Of a DNA stretch of 64,000 bases, positions 34,660-45,489 are shown piece by piece. Under the pieces are notes generated by a model. That model was not told the DNA's origin and ran no database searches. It was given only the letters and a program-made list of their open reading frames with translations. Source of the stretch: a virus (lineage: Duplodnaviria; Caudoviricetes); IMG/VR virus record IMGVR_UViG_3300032093_000005. The stretch is one strand, 5' to 3'. The first letter of the stretch is position 1. Every line of letters starts with the position of its first letter. The position numbers and the translations under genes were made by a program.

Positions 34660-36081
34660 TCACATAAGATTTGAAACCTTAACTCTTCTGTAGTATACGT
34701 TAGAGTTGGTAGCAATGTTACCACTTGTTGCATCTGGAGCAGTAGCTCCCTTAGCAAATGGATTGTTAACGACTCCATAACGAGTCTTAAATCCGATTTT
34801 TGGTTGGAAGGTTTGCTCACCAACAGCACGTACCATCTGGAGAGGTACGTATGGGCAGTAGAAGAGACCTGCATCGTAAGGCGAGGTGCCCTTATAACCG
34901 ACAACGTAGAACTGGTTAGCAGCAACGTTTGCCGAATATGGGTCAATATAGACTCTGTACTTACCTTGAAGGACACCAGCAAAGGTGTTGCCAGTATCAT
35001 CAACGTTCAGATTAGCGTTAAGTGCAGGGGTGTAATCGAGAACACCAGCCATGGTTAGTGCTGAAGCAACGTCTGCCGAGCACAGGATAGTGTTACCCTT
35101 TCCTCTACGAGTTTGCTGTGCAATTGCGTTTGCATCGCGCTCGATTTGGAAGATGAGACCCTTGAACTTCTCAACCGACCAACGACCGTTAGAGTCAACA
35201 TCAAGGTCAAAAGTACCTTGGGTTGCAGTGTTAACCTGAGCACCAGGAACAGCAATCTTATAGATGGTACGGATGATTTCTCTGTTGATTTCAGCGAGGA
35301 TCTCAGTGCTGAGGATGTTTGCAAGCTCAGCTTCTGCATTCAGACCGTGAATTGCCTTCAGGTCTTGTGCAAGTTCGAGTGAGTACTCAGCTTTCAGAGC
35401 ACGTGACTTAGCAGTAACGGTGAGCTTCTCGATTGAGAAAGCCATCTCGTTAAAGTAGTTGGTATTGCCGTCGCCAAGTGCTTCAGCATTACCAGTGGTC
35501 ATTGCTTCACCAACGTTATACTGGTTAGCACCAGCAGCAGCGTTAGTTGATTGATCAGTTGGGCTGAGAAGTGCTGGGTTGCGGTTGCTATCTTGAGTTG
35601 TAGTACCTAAACCAACAGCTCCATCGATGAATCCTGCATTGAGGTTACGGGAGTTATTCTGACCAGAGAATGCAGAATCAGCTTCGTTGTAGAATGCTTC
35701 AGTTCCAGATTGATTCTGATAACGTGAACGCATTGCGAAGATGAGTCCAGTAGGACCATTCATTGGTTGAACACCGCACAGATCATAAGCGATCAGGTTG
35801 GGCATTGAACGTCTGATCAGTGAGATCAGAACTGGATCGAAACCAGCAACAGGTGAACCTGTAGTATTTGATGCGCTACCACCAAAACCGCCGGTACCGG
35901 CAGAGTTGGTTGGGGATGCTTCGTAAAGGAATGAACGCTCTTCACGAAGTTCTCTTTCTTGGTTTTCGAGCAGGATAGCGGTTACCGATCTACGATGTGA
36001 ATCTTTGATTGGATCCATTCCTTGATAATCAAGGATTGGTGCCCACTTCTCCTGCAGATATTCGGAGTTGTACATCTGCAT
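34660..36081 (-). CDS. gp23: Major capsid protein
   Basis: FDPVLISLIRRSMP, QPMNGPTGLIFAMRS, EYSLELAQDLKAIHGL, FQPKIGFKTRYG. Confidence 0.99.
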   Translation of the reverse strand: MQMYNSEYLQEKWAPILDYQGMDPIKDSHRRSVTAILLENQERELREERSFLYEASPTNSAGTGGFGGSASNTTGSPVAGFDPVLISLIRRSMPNLIAYDLCGVQPMNGPTGLIFAMRSRYQNQSGTEAFYNEADSAFSGQNNSRNLNAGFIDGAVGLGTTTQDSNRNPALLSPTDQSTNAAAGANQYNVGEAMTTGNAEALGDGNTNYFNEMAFSIEKLTVTAKSRALKAEYSLELAQDLKAIHGLNAEAELANILSTEILAEINREIIRTIYKIAVPGAQVNTATQGTFDLDVDSNGRWSVEKFKGLIFQIERDANAIAQQTRRGKGNTILCSADVASALTMAGVLDYTPALNANLNVDDTGNTFAGVLQGKYRVYIDPYSANVAANQFYVVGYKGTSPYDAGLFYCPYVPLQMVRAVGEQTFQPKIGFKTRYGVVNNPFAKGATAPDATSGNIATNSNVYYRRVKVSNLM

Positions 36082-36129
36082 TGGGAATTACCTCTTTAAA
36101 AAGTTTTGTTTGACTATATTATATAAAAA

Positions 36130-37308
36130 TCACTTTTTAGCGACTCTACTGAGAGTTTGAAGATATGCTTCCATGACAGGGGAAACTGAAGTTAATTCAG
36201 ATCCATCATGCGACACTTCTTCAGATAGGTTCTCAGAGAAATCTCTTTGAGTACCAGTATTTGTTGGGAAATATGATTCCCTCAGAGTTACCAGTTTCTC
36301 ACGATAGTTTGCTTCACTATCAAACTCAACATTTTCGGCAAGAGAAGCGAGTTTGTCTTTCTGAGAAAGTGCAAGACCTTCAGCGACATCTGCAAAAATT
36401 ACATCAGCAACTGACTCTGCTAATCTTCTATTGAGAGCAACGTTTCTTTCGATTTGCTCGTTGAGTTTTTCTTCCATTTCATCAAGTTTATCTACCATAC
36501 TCTCGATAACATCATATCTATCTTCAGGGATTGAAACATAATGATCTTCAAAAAGACTCTTCATTCCTTGAAGGAATGATTCGGTCATTTCAGTCTTAAG
36601 ACCGTGCTCGATAGCGAGTGCATTTTCTTGAATCCACTCGTCGGCAACGTACTCAAGATAAGTATCTACACGCTCAGTTAATTCTTCTTTGATAAACTGA
36701 ACTTCTTCAATAAGTGCATTTTCATAAGTTTGCTGAAGTTCTTCTTTAATTTCAGAAACTTTTGAACGAATAGCAGCTTCGAAGATGGTGCGGGCTTTCT
36801 CTTGGAATTCCTCAGAAAGCTCTTCACCAGCAAGGAGAGCGTTGACATCTTCTTCGATGTCAAACTCTTCTTCCATTTTCTTCTTACCTTTTTTCTTACC
36901 ACCTTCTTCTTCTTCCTCCTCTTCTTCTTCCTCTTCTTCTTCCTCTTCTTCGTGCTTCTTGCCTTTCTTGCCTTCAGCAACTACCTCTTCATCTTCGTCG
37001 AGTTCTTCTTCATCGACAAGATCCTCATCCTCTTCAGTTTCTTCTGCAGCCATGGTTTTCATGGGTTCAGCAGCAGCTGCTTTAGCATTAACTACATTTC
37101 TTACCTGAGCAAGAGTTGATCCAGGTGTTTTAAGTGCAGCGGAATCGTCATCTGGACGATAATTTTCTGGAGTAGGACCACCTAAATCTTCCCAAGCGCC
37201 AGTTTGACCTGGAGTAATGGCTCCAGTTCCAGTTTGCATTGGTTCGGCAGGTGCAGCCCCTTTGGTTACTACGTTTTCCATTTCTTGTAAATTTCTACCA
37301 ACGGACAT
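36130..37308 (-). CDS. gp22: Prohead core scaffold protein
   Basis: Acidic coiled coil, IFEAAI, YLEYVADEW; lies between gp21 and gp23; TATAAATA at 37339-37346. Confidence 0.95.
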   Translation of the reverse strand: MSVGRNLQEMENVVTKGAAPAEPMQTGTGAITPGQTGAWEDLGGPTPENYRPDDDSAALKTPGSTLAQVRNVVNAKAAAAEPMKTMAAEETEEDEDLVDEEELDEDEEVVAEGKKGKKHEEEEEEEEEEEEEEEEGGKKKGKKKMEEEFDIEEDVNALLAGEELSEEFQEKARTIFEAAIRSKVSEIKEELQQTYENALIEEVQFIKEELTERVDTYLEYVADEWIQENALAIEHGLKTEMTESFLQGMKSLFEDHYVSIPEDRYDVIESMVDKLDEMEEKLNEQIERNVALNRRLAESVADVIFADVAEGLALSQKDKLASLAENVEFDSEANYREKLVTLRESYFPTNTGTQRDFSENLSEEVSHDGSELTSVSPVMEAYLQTLSRVAKK

Positions 37309-37348
37309 TTGTTTAGATATTTGGATATAATCTATATTTATTTATAAA

Positions 37349-37999
37349 TTATAGATTTGAAAGAAAATCGTTGAAAAGATTGAGTTTATGCTCTTCAAGT
37401 TTTCTTTGATCAACGAGAGTATTAATTCTTCTTTGAGTCTGTTCGGCAAGTTTTTCACGAAGAATTCCACCTTCCCAAACCCACTCTTTTCCTTCCATAA
37501 TTCCTTGCACAAAAGCATCAGGTGCAGAAGGATCGGCAACAATGTCAGCAGCAGTCGCAAGCATGAAATCTTCACCAACAATTTTATGACCTTCATTGGT
37601 CATCTTTAGTGAACCAACACCACGAGAAGAAACACCAAGACAAACTCCCTCACCAATAAGAGATTTTGCAATCTTACCCATTGGCGTTTCAAGAAGTTGT
37701 GCCTTACCTCTAAAATTTGATCCTTCACAAGTAAGAGAAACAATCTTGTGAGAAACACGATCAAGATTTACAGTTGGACCATCAGGATGTCCAAGTTCTC
37801 CAAGAGCACGACCTTTATTGACAAATGCTTCCGTGTATCTTTTCACCTCTCTGGAAAGAGTTTCCATAGGATACATTCTTCCGTTACGGTTACAAATGTC
37901 ACCCTGAAGGAAAATACCTTCAATAAACATTTTTTTATCAGCACCTTTTCCTTCGGTGATGAATTTTACTTGTGATACTTCTTCTGTGATGAGTTTCAT
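37349..37999 (-). CDS. gp21: Prohead protease
   Basis: NRNGRMY, GELGHP, GVSSRG, DIVADPSAPDAFV. Confidence 0.97.
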   Translation of the reverse strand: MKLITEEVSQVKFITEGKGADKKMFIEGIFLQGDICNRNGRMYPMETLSREVKRYTEAFVNKGRALGELGHPDGPTVNLDRVSHKIVSLTCEGSNFRGKAQLLETPMGKIAKSLIGEGVCLGVSSRGVGSLKMTNEGHKIVGEDFMLATAADIVADPSAPDAFVQGIMEGKEWVWEGGILREKLAEQTQRRINTLVDQRKLEEHKLNLFNDFLSNL

Positions 38000-38001
38000 T
38001 T

Positions 38002-38529
38002 TTATTCGGAAACTAGTTGAACTATTTCGGTAATACTAATATTTGTCGTTGCTCCATCTGCAAGTGCCGCAACTTTTACACTTCTTGATAGGGTCGCATC
38101 AGTAACAGTAATTACTCCAACAACTGATGAGGTATTTGCTGAGATTGTAACACTAGATTCAGTTAAATTTGTAATCAATTGATGGACAGTATTAATTCCA
38201 GCTGGTTGAGCATTTTCAATTGTTACATAGTCCCCAATCAAAAATGGATTTCCTGCATTTTCTGGAAGACTGATTACTGTGCTTGTTCCAGTTGTAATCC
38301 CAGATATTCTTTGTCTAGCTATTCTCTCTTTTAAAACTTCATTAGCATATGGGGAAATATAAAAAGAGTTCGTTGTTACTGTGGGATTACCTCCAGTTTC
38401 AACATAAACTGCGGTTAATCCAGCAGCAACTCTGATATAACCACTCTTTAAAGCAATTGGATTACTTGTTGCAGCAACAGAAACTGTTGGAGAAATTCTA
38501 TTTACATTTTGGACAACTTTAATTGCCAT
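38002..38529 (-). CDS. Head-region hypothetical protein (between gp67-like and gp21)
   Basis: 175 aa, beta-rich, in the head operon. Confidence 0.75.
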   Translation of the reverse strand: MAIKVVQNVNRISPTVSVAATSNPIALKSGYIRVAAGLTAVYVETGGNPTVTTNSFYISPYANEVLKERIARQRISGITTGTSTVISLPENAGNPFLIGDYVTIENAQPAGINTVHQLITNLTESSVTISANTSSVVGVITVTDATLSRSVKVAALADGATTNISITEIVQLVSE

Positions 38530-38696
38530 TATTCTTCATCTCCTATTTGATCGGCATCACCGAACATCATCGCTGCAATTTCTGGACGAGCAGAATCTAC
38601 TCTTTCAGAAGCTTTAGCATATAGTAATTCTTTAATTTTGGTGGAAACATCTGAAGGTGCTCCATCAGTTGCAATCAAATCGATAAGTTCTTCCAT
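38529..38696 (-). CDS. Small acidic prohead core protein (gp67 position; not in the ORF track)
   Basis: MEELIDLIATDGAPSDVSTKIKELLYAKASERVDSARPEIAAMMFGDADQIGDEE; TATAAATA at 38722-38729. Confidence 0.75.
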   Translation of the reverse strand: MEELIDLIATDGAPSDVSTKIKELLYAKASERVDSARPEIAAMMFGDADQIGDEE

Positions 38697-38724
38697 AAAA
38701 TTTAGTTTATAATTATAAGATTAT

Positions 38725-40404
38725 TTATATCTTCCCACCTTTGGGTTCTGGTATTTCTACTGCTGTAGCATTTACAGTTGGTTCAAGTGGAACTTCTCCA
38801 CTAACACCTTGTTCTATTCCTTGTGCTTGATCTTGAGGAATGGGATTACCCATTTCATCAACAGGAGCATTTGGATCTGGTAAAATGCCCTTAGCAATTT
38901 CATCTTCAATTTGAAGATCAATCTCAATAATTTCAGAATCTGTTTGACGAAGAATTTTCTTACGAACATACTCAGTAGAATAGTATTTGCCAATGTATGG
39001 TTCAATCGTTGTTGCAAGAGTCAAGCGATTTGTTAATAATTCTGCTTCTTTTAATTCTGCAAAATGATTGTCATATAAGAAATCATATTGAATATGATCA
39101 CTCATCTTCTCCCAATCTTCTGGAGAAACAATGTTCTTAAGAAGTAACTGAGTGCGAAGAATATCATTGAAAAGATTAGCAAATCTTTTTCTAAGTCTTC
39201 CAACAAATTTAGAAAACATTAATTCATCACGAAGAATTTCTGATGATCTACCTAAATTAAATCCATCACCACCACCAGCAATTCTTGTTTCTGGAACTCC
39301 AAGTGCTCTATAAAGTTTCTTTTGGAAGTATTCAATATCCGAAAGTTCTCCAAGATTTTGTCCACCGGGAAGAGTAGTAATTTCAGTCCCTCTACCACCT
39401 TCTCTTCTTGGAAGCCAAAAATCTTCAAGCATACTCATAAATTTACGATCATCACGAACTTCGCCTGTATTAGCATCATAAACAAGTTTATTCCTATAGC
39501 GAGACATAACCTCTTTGAGGTACTGTTCTGCTTTTACTTTTGGAAGATTTCCTACATCAATGTAGAATATTCTACGTTCTGGAGCTCTAGATAGTCTATA
39601 AATTACAAGAGAATCCTCAATCATTCTTAACTGATTGAGTCCTTTAATTGCTTTGTGAAGATATGAAAGAACGGTTCCTTTATTTCTATCTACTAAACCC
39701 GATGTGCAATAAGTTACAGAATCTTTTGCGATTTTGATTCCTTTTTTTGAACCACCACTGATTGTCCCCGTTGGGAAATTTGGCATAGGAGTATATACAA
39801 AATACTCCTCAATTTCTGGAAAGTTGAATTGATCAGCATCATTTCCAGTTCTTAAATTTAAATTTCTATATCCATTTAATCCATTTTCCGTCTTTTTTTC
39901 CTGACGGACATGTTTCATTTTCATTGGATCAATATATCTAATTTCCTGAATTCCTGCCTCAGGATTTTTTTGATCGATGACTTTTAAATAAAATAGTCTA
40001 CCATCAATATACCAATTTCTGAAAATTTCATGACACTTTTTATCAAAGTCCATGACTTCTTTAATATATTTAAATTCTGCTCTAATAACATCTTTCAATC
40101 TATCACTTGCATTCAAATTTGAAAGTTCAATCTCAACAGGAGAATCATAAAGATCACTAACAATTGCTTCATTAACAATGTTTTCAATTGCACTGTCACA
40201 CTCTGGATGAAGTGCCATTTCACGATAACGACGAATTAAATCGTACTCTGTTCTGTAAACACCTTCAATATCTACATATTGTCCATAAAATCCAGACTGA
40301 ATAAAATAGTCAACCCCGTCCTCATTACTGGGAGGAACGGGGGCAACAACAGATTTCGATTTTTTTACATTATCCTCAATCGAAAAACCAAAAAGTTTCG
40401 CCAT
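38725..40404 (-). CDS. gp20: Portal protein
   Basis: IYRLSRAPERRIFYIDVGNLPK, EDFWLPRREGGRGTEITTLPGG. Confidence 0.99.
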   Translation of the reverse strand: MAKLFGFSIEDNVKKSKSVVAPVPPSNEDGVDYFIQSGFYGQYVDIEGVYRTEYDLIRRYREMALHPECDSAIENIVNEAIVSDLYDSPVEIELSNLNASDRLKDVIRAEFKYIKEVMDFDKKCHEIFRNWYIDGRLFYLKVIDQKNPEAGIQEIRYIDPMKMKHVRQEKKTENGLNGYRNLNLRTGNDADQFNFPEIEEYFVYTPMPNFPTGTISGGSKKGIKIAKDSVTYCTSGLVDRNKGTVLSYLHKAIKGLNQLRMIEDSLVIYRLSRAPERRIFYIDVGNLPKVKAEQYLKEVMSRYRNKLVYDANTGEVRDDRKFMSMLEDFWLPRREGGRGTEITTLPGGQNLGELSDIEYFQKKLYRALGVPETRIAGGGDGFNLGRSSEILRDELMFSKFVGRLRKRFANLFNDILRTQLLLKNIVSPEDWEKMSDHIQYDFLYDNHFAELKEAELLTNRLTLATTIEPYIGKYYSTEYVRKKILRQTDSEIIEIDLQIEDEIAKGILPDPNAPVDEMGNPIPQDQAQGIEQGVSGEVPLEPTVNATAVEIPEPKGGKI

Positions 40405-40435
40405 TTTATAATTTTAGACTGCTTGTATATTTTAT

Positions 40436-41026
40436 TTAGTTGATGTCTGTTCCACCTGCTGCAGGTGAATTACCCTTCATTGCTTCCCACCAGAGAATTT
40501 GGAACTCTGCAGTAAATTCTTGAATTGTACTAGTATTGTAATCAAGAGTAATTGCACCGATAGAAGTTGGGAAAATATCATAGAAATGATATGCTCTCAA
40601 AGTTGATCCATCACGATCAAGTTGATAAACAAAAGCATCTGCAGTATATGCAGTTGGATCGGTTTCGCCAGTATTATCAGAAACTCTGTTAATTTTGTTC
40701 ATCCAGTTTTCCATAGCGGAACGGATTGCAAAATCGGTATCATTGATAACTGTCACAGTCCAACTTTCGAAAGATCTGTCTCCAGCGACTTTCAAAGTTC
40801 TTCCCCTAAAGGGAACATCAATTGCTGCCACATTAGATGCCGGTAAGTTTGCACCCTTAACTAAGAATCTTGCTTTATCAAGAACATTAGTATCTGCAGG
40901 TGCAATATCGGGAAATGAAAGAACAACTTCAAAAAGATTACTTCTTGCACCACCACCAGTTAACTTACTTTTGAAGTCAGTAATCTTTCTTAGGGGAGGT
41001 GGATTTAATTGTTGTCTAGTTGCCAT
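40436..41026 (-). CDS. gp19: Tail tube protein
   Basis: GGARSNLFEV, VPFRGRTLKVAGDRSF, WTVTVINDTDF. Confidence 0.96.
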   Translation of the reverse strand: MATRQQLNPPPLRKITDFKSKLTGGGARSNLFEVVLSFPDIAPADTNVLDKARFLVKGANLPASNVAAIDVPFRGRTLKVAGDRSFESWTVTVINDTDFAIRSAMENWMNKINRVSDNTGETDPTAYTADAFVYQLDRDGSTLRAYHFYDIFPTSIGAITLDYNTSTIQEFTAEFQILWWEAMKGNSPAAGGTDIN

Positions 41027-41045
41027 AGTTTTTTAAACCTCTAAA

Positions 41046-43472
41046 TTAAAAGTTTCCGATTACTTCTTCAAAATCAACACCAGTCTTGGTGGCAACAAAA
41101 TTCAGACCAATGAAGTTAATTGATCTTGCTGGTTTGACATAAATGTCCGCAACAAATTCATTATTATCAATCACAGCAGCAGTGTTATTTGTTTCATCAC
41201 AAATCACGACATAATCAAAAATACCTCTCTTAGATTGAATATCACGTAGGAAAGGTTCAATTGTATTTACAAAGTTTGTTCTTGTAATTTCATCATTAAA
41301 TTCAAAAAGTGCATCTTTCGCTGCTTGAGAAATTGCATCTTCAAGATAAACAAATAGACGACGGACGTTAATTCTATCAAATGCAGATGCTTTAGCAAGA
41401 CCAGTTTTATCACCAAAGAGAACAATTCCAGATCCAGGTGAGAAAATGACAGGATTAACTCTATTAGAATAAAGTCTGTCTCTTTGATTTTTTGATGGAT
41501 TATATGCTAACTTAACTGCATTTAAGATCGCACCTCTTGTTGTTCCTGCTGGCGAATACCATGCAAAATTATTAATGTCATTACGAGCACAAAGACCAGC
41601 AATATCGCCATTTAATGGAACATATCTGAATGTATTTGAGAATCTATCATACATGTACTTGTATCCACTATCAAATACAGCGTATGAAGAAGAGGAAACT
41701 GGTGCATAGAATTCTATTACTTTATCAGTAATATCTGTAGCAGAATAAATGTTTACTGCTGTATCTGTTGATGTATCTGTAAGTGCAGCACCTCTATATG
41801 GTGAAATAAATGCAATTGCATCTTTTCTTAACTCTGCAACAGAAATTAATTTGTTAGCAAGAGCCTGAGCAGTTGTAATATCATATGCAGCAGACCCCAT
41901 AAGGAGAAAATCTACCTTAAAGTTTTCTGTATTTTCAAAAAGATCATATCCATCAGAAAGTTCTGATAGTGATGCTGTTAAAGATCCAGTAGTTCCAATA
42001 CCTGCTTTTCGATTGTAATCTAAACCACCAGAAAGAACACTCGTTGAGGATCCTGTTGCTCCAAAAATAATACCATCAGTTTCTTGATTCCAGTCATTAT
42101 CAGATGCAAGAGTAAAACCAGAACTGTAACCAGTAGTTACAATACCTGATGGTTGATTTAATCCAAAAATGTATTGTGAATTATTTACTAGATATTTTCT
42201 CCAGTAAGATGGACTTCCTACAGAAAATTCTGCATCTTTTCCTTTTGAAAGTGATAAGTGCTTTTCAACAATTGTACCTGCATTACCAGTTACTGTTCCA
42301 AGAGCATCAATAACAACCACATGAACCTCATCAAATCTTGAGTTTCTTGCAGCAGCAAAAGCAGAAGTTCCAGGTCTTTGTGCAACAGTATTCCAATTAA
42401 TTGAAGATGATGTTGTTAACCCAATGGTTTGCTGATCAAACCAATCTCTACTCGCAGAATATGTTGTTGTTCCATATGCAACTGCCTGATCATTAGTATG
42501 AATACCAACAGTTCCAGAACTAGAAAATGCCCAAACACCTGATGGTTGATAATCTACTTGAGTCTCTGTTCCAGCAGCGGAAACATGAGAAAGAACTTTA
42601 ACATCAATTGTAGATGCTCCAACACCCGTAATTATACCTTTTAGATAACCATTTAAAATTGCTGTAGTGCCTATGCCAGGATTAACTCTACCTGCTACAG
42701 ACTGTTCGACTCCATAACCAATTTGAAGTGGAGCTGATGTAGTTGATGATATTCCAAACTGAATATTCAGTGTTAGTTGATCTACATTTAATGAAGTATT
42801 TGAAAATACAATTGTACTGACTCCTCGTTCTAATACAGTGGTATTTTCTGGGAAAATTCCACTAATTGCAGGAGTTCTTATAACTTGTCCAACACTAATA
42901 CCAGTTGTAGTAATACCTGTTACTCTATCAGTAGTGACTCCTAAGTTTGGTGTTTTAGTAGTTTGTACCGTAAAGGTTGCTACTTCACTAGTATTAATTC
43001 CGGTTAAAGTTTGATCTGCTTTACCATCAATAATTGCTACTCTTAAACCATTTGACCAAGAACCTGGATTTCGTGCTGCAACAACAACACCTGTAAGAGT
43101 ATTTTCATCATATTGTAGTGATTCATAATGATCTAAACTTTTAATTTTTACACTAGCAGCTGCACCCACAGTTGTTGGAACGAATCCATTTTTTAATTCT
43201 TGATCGTCCGATCTTACAACTCTAAGAGATCCACCATATGCAAGATATGACGAAGCAGTTAACCAATGCTCATAATGCTTATCAGTTGCATATGGTTCTC
43301 CAAAATTAATCAATAAATCATTTTCATTTTCTACTAAAGTTGGAGAGTCTACTGGTCCTTTTGCAAATGGTGCTACAATTGCACCAACTTTATTTGACGA
43401 AGGAGATACTCTTCCAAGTGTTAAATCAATTTCCTTTACTACAATTCCAGGAGATGCTAAATTTAGCGGCAT
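41046..43472 (-). CDS. gp18: Tail sheath protein
   Basis: SPGIVVKEIDLT, FDRINVRRLF, KPARSINFI; CATAAATA near 43509-43516. Confidence 0.98.
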   Translation of the reverse strand: MPLNLASPGIVVKEIDLTLGRVSPSSNKVGAIVAPFAKGPVDSPTLVENENDLLINFGEPYATDKHYEHWLTASSYLAYGGSLRVVRSDDQELKNGFVPTTVGAAASVKIKSLDHYESLQYDENTLTGVVVAARNPGSWSNGLRVAIIDGKADQTLTGINTSEVATFTVQTTKTPNLGVTTDRVTGITTTGISVGQVIRTPAISGIFPENTTVLERGVSTIVFSNTSLNVDQLTLNIQFGISSTTSAPLQIGYGVEQSVAGRVNPGIGTTAILNGYLKGIITGVGASTIDVKVLSHVSAAGTETQVDYQPSGVWAFSSSGTVGIHTNDQAVAYGTTTYSASRDWFDQQTIGLTTSSSINWNTVAQRPGTSAFAAARNSRFDEVHVVVIDALGTVTGNAGTIVEKHLSLSKGKDAEFSVGSPSYWRKYLVNNSQYIFGLNQPSGIVTTGYSSGFTLASDNDWNQETDGIIFGATGSSTSVLSGGLDYNRKAGIGTTGSLTASLSELSDGYDLFENTENFKVDFLLMGSAAYDITTAQALANKLISVAELRKDAIAFISPYRGAALTDTSTDTAVNIYSATDITDKVIEFYAPVSSSSYAVFDSGYKYMYDRFSNTFRYVPLNGDIAGLCARNDINNFAWYSPAGTTRGAILNAVKLAYNPSKNQRDRLYSNRVNPVIFSPGSGIVLFGDKTGLAKASAFDRINVRRLFVYLEDAISQAAKDALFEFNDEITRTNFVNTIEPFLRDIQSKRGIFDYVVICDETNNTAAVIDNNEFVADIYVKPARSINFIGLNFVATKTGVDFEEVIGNF

Positions 43473-43556
43473 CTTTATTCTCCGTGCTATCCAGAATTAT
43501 TCTAGAAATATTTATGAAAACGGGTATTTACAATGGGAAAACGATGCATGAACACT

Positions 43557-43784
43557 TTACCAGTCAGGATATTCCCACTCAATTAAATATGGTTTTCTTT
43601 TTCTAGATTCTTGAACTCTTTTTATTGAACAATCTTTACATTCATACGAATATGATGATGAAATTGTATTATTTTTTCTAATTCTATAAAAACCATCTAT
43701 CAAATTTTTTCTTATTTTGCATGTTCTACATTTTCGTTCTGATAAAAATAAATGTTCTATTTCAAATTGATCATCTAAATCCAT
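43557..43784 (-). CDS. Small zinc-binding hypothetical protein
   Basis: CRTC...YSYECKDC double CxxC. Confidence 0.72.
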   Translation of the reverse strand: MDLDDQFEIEHLFLSERKCRTCKIRKNLIDGFYRIRKNNTISSSYSYECKDCSIKRVQESRKRKPYLIEWEYPDW

Positions 43785-45482
43785 TTAATGATATTCCCAC
43801 ATATAAGAACGATCACCATATTCATCCACGTTCCAAACTTCAAGTGGATTATTTTCACTTTTTTGTCCAGCAAATATCCATCGATCTCCAGTCTCTTCAT
43901 CAATAGTAATGCCAAAATCATCTAACCCATCGGAAATAAATCCAAAAGGCGACATATCTTGTTCAATTTGATTTTTCTGCTCCTCATAAATTCTTTTACG
44001 AACATCATTATCCGTCATCTCTTTGAAATAATCTTGAGCAACCAACCAAGAGAAGATAACTAAACACATTGCCAAATCGTCATTACAACCTTCTTCTGCT
44101 TCAAAGGAATTGTGTTTCTGTGCAAATGTTGTAAGTTCTGAGATAATATCATAATCAACAGTTAATAACTTATCATCTTCCATTAAAGTTTTTAAGTTAG
44201 AGCACCCTAATTTTTTAACTGCTGCAGTAGTTCTCACACCAAGTTGAGATTTTTTACCACTAAATCCTGACCCTACAATTTGTCCAGCACGACCACGCAT
44301 TGCACACATAAGAACATTATCATATTCAAGATCAAAATGTAAAATATTTGCTACCTGATCTCCAATATCATTAACTTCAACTAACAACCAAGCATCATTA
44401 TAACCTTTTGCAACTTCATGAATAACGCTTGGAAATAGCATTGGTTTGATTTCATTGTTTCTATATTTTGCAACTACTTTATATGGAAAGTTAGTAATAT
44501 CAAAAACTATGAATGCTGAATAGTCATTACCCAAACCGCGAGCAACGTCAACTGTGATTAGATAATTATTTTCTTCTTTTGGATGTTCATAAACATCAAG
44601 ACCAGCATTTCTTTTAATTGGATTTTCATAGACAAGATTTCTCAGTTTTGCTGGATTGATTAGAGTATTAACCGATCCTAAAAATTCACATTCAAACTCA
44701 ACCTTAAACTGCTGTTCAGAAGTGTTAGCAATCGTCTGCTCCTTCCACGCAGCGTCCCTTCCGGGCACTTCAGACCAATGAACATCTGTGGGCACATATT
44801 CGTTCTTGCCGCGTTCAGCGTCATGCCACATACGGTAGAAGTGGTTCATACCGCGTGGTGTAGATACAATGATTACCTTCGTGCTTTGTCCAGAAGAAAT
44901 AGTAGGATAAACAGAGGCAAAGAAGTCATCAGCAATGTGATTCGGGATGAAAGCGAACTCGTCAAGAAAGATGACATTATAGGATCCGCCTCGGACAGCA
45001 GATGACGAAGTAGAGTTAGATGAAATTTTGGAGCCATTTTCTAGTTCTAAAGATCCTTTGTTCCAAGATATAATACCTTGTTGCATCCACTTGGGAAGGT
45101 TTTCATAAGCAAGTTGTAGTCTTCCAAGAAGGTCTCTTGCCGTGGATGCTTTGTTCGCTAGAATAGCTATATTAACGTTATCGTTGAATACGGCATAATG
45201 TAACAAATATGAAACACAAGTCGTAGATTTACCCGTCTGGCGAGGCATCTTACAGATATTAAATCTATTCTCGTGGAAGTTCTTTACAAGTTTCTCTTGA
45301 AATGGATACATCTCAAAAGGAACCAGACCGTGATCCAGAGAAACAATCTTAATATAATTTTTTGCGAAATATACAGGGTCTTCTTTACATTTTAAGAACT
45401 CGATGATTTGTTCTTCAGTAAATTGAATCTGTGTATTTGCTTTTTTTAAATTGGGGTTACCAAGATATACATTATCAGACAT
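43785..45482 (-). CDS. gp17: Terminase large subunit
   Basis: PRQTGKST, LDEFAF, STPRG, DVARG, NDDLAM. Confidence 0.98.
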   Translation of the reverse strand: MSDNVYLGNPNLKKANTQIQFTEEQIIEFLKCKEDPVYFAKNYIKIVSLDHGLVPFEMYPFQEKLVKNFHENRFNICKMPRQTGKSTTCVSYLLHYAVFNDNVNIAILANKASTARDLLGRLQLAYENLPKWMQQGIISWNKGSLELENGSKISSNSTSSSAVRGGSYNVIFLDEFAFIPNHIADDFFASVYPTISSGQSTKVIIVSTPRGMNHFYRMWHDAERGKNEYVPTDVHWSEVPGRDAAWKEQTIANTSEQQFKVEFECEFLGSVNTLINPAKLRNLVYENPIKRNAGLDVYEHPKEENNYLITVDVARGLGNDYSAFIVFDITNFPYKVVAKYRNNEIKPMLFPSVIHEVAKGYNDAWLLVEVNDIGDQVANILHFDLEYDNVLMCAMRGRAGQIVGSGFSGKKSQLGVRTTAAVKKLGCSNLKTLMEDDKLLTVDYDIISELTTFAQKHNSFEAEEGCNDDLAMCLVIFSWLVAQDYFKEMTDNDVRKRIYEEQKNQIEQDMSPFGFISDGLDDFGITIDEETGDRWIFAGQKSENNPLEVWNVDEYGDRSYMWEYH

Positions 45483-45489
45483 AATTTAT

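Noticed and set aside
36900-37040. Poly-Glu/Lys low-complexity tract
   Set aside because: Normal acidic region of the gp22 scaffold; not a mobile or regulatory repeat.
9297-45482. Introns, inteins or homing endonucleases in usual hotspots (gp41, gp43, gp46, gp17, gp20, gp23; also nrdA)
   Set aside because: All are uninterrupted and of ordinary length; I saw no intein termini or HNH/GIY-YIG/LAGLIDADG ORFs.
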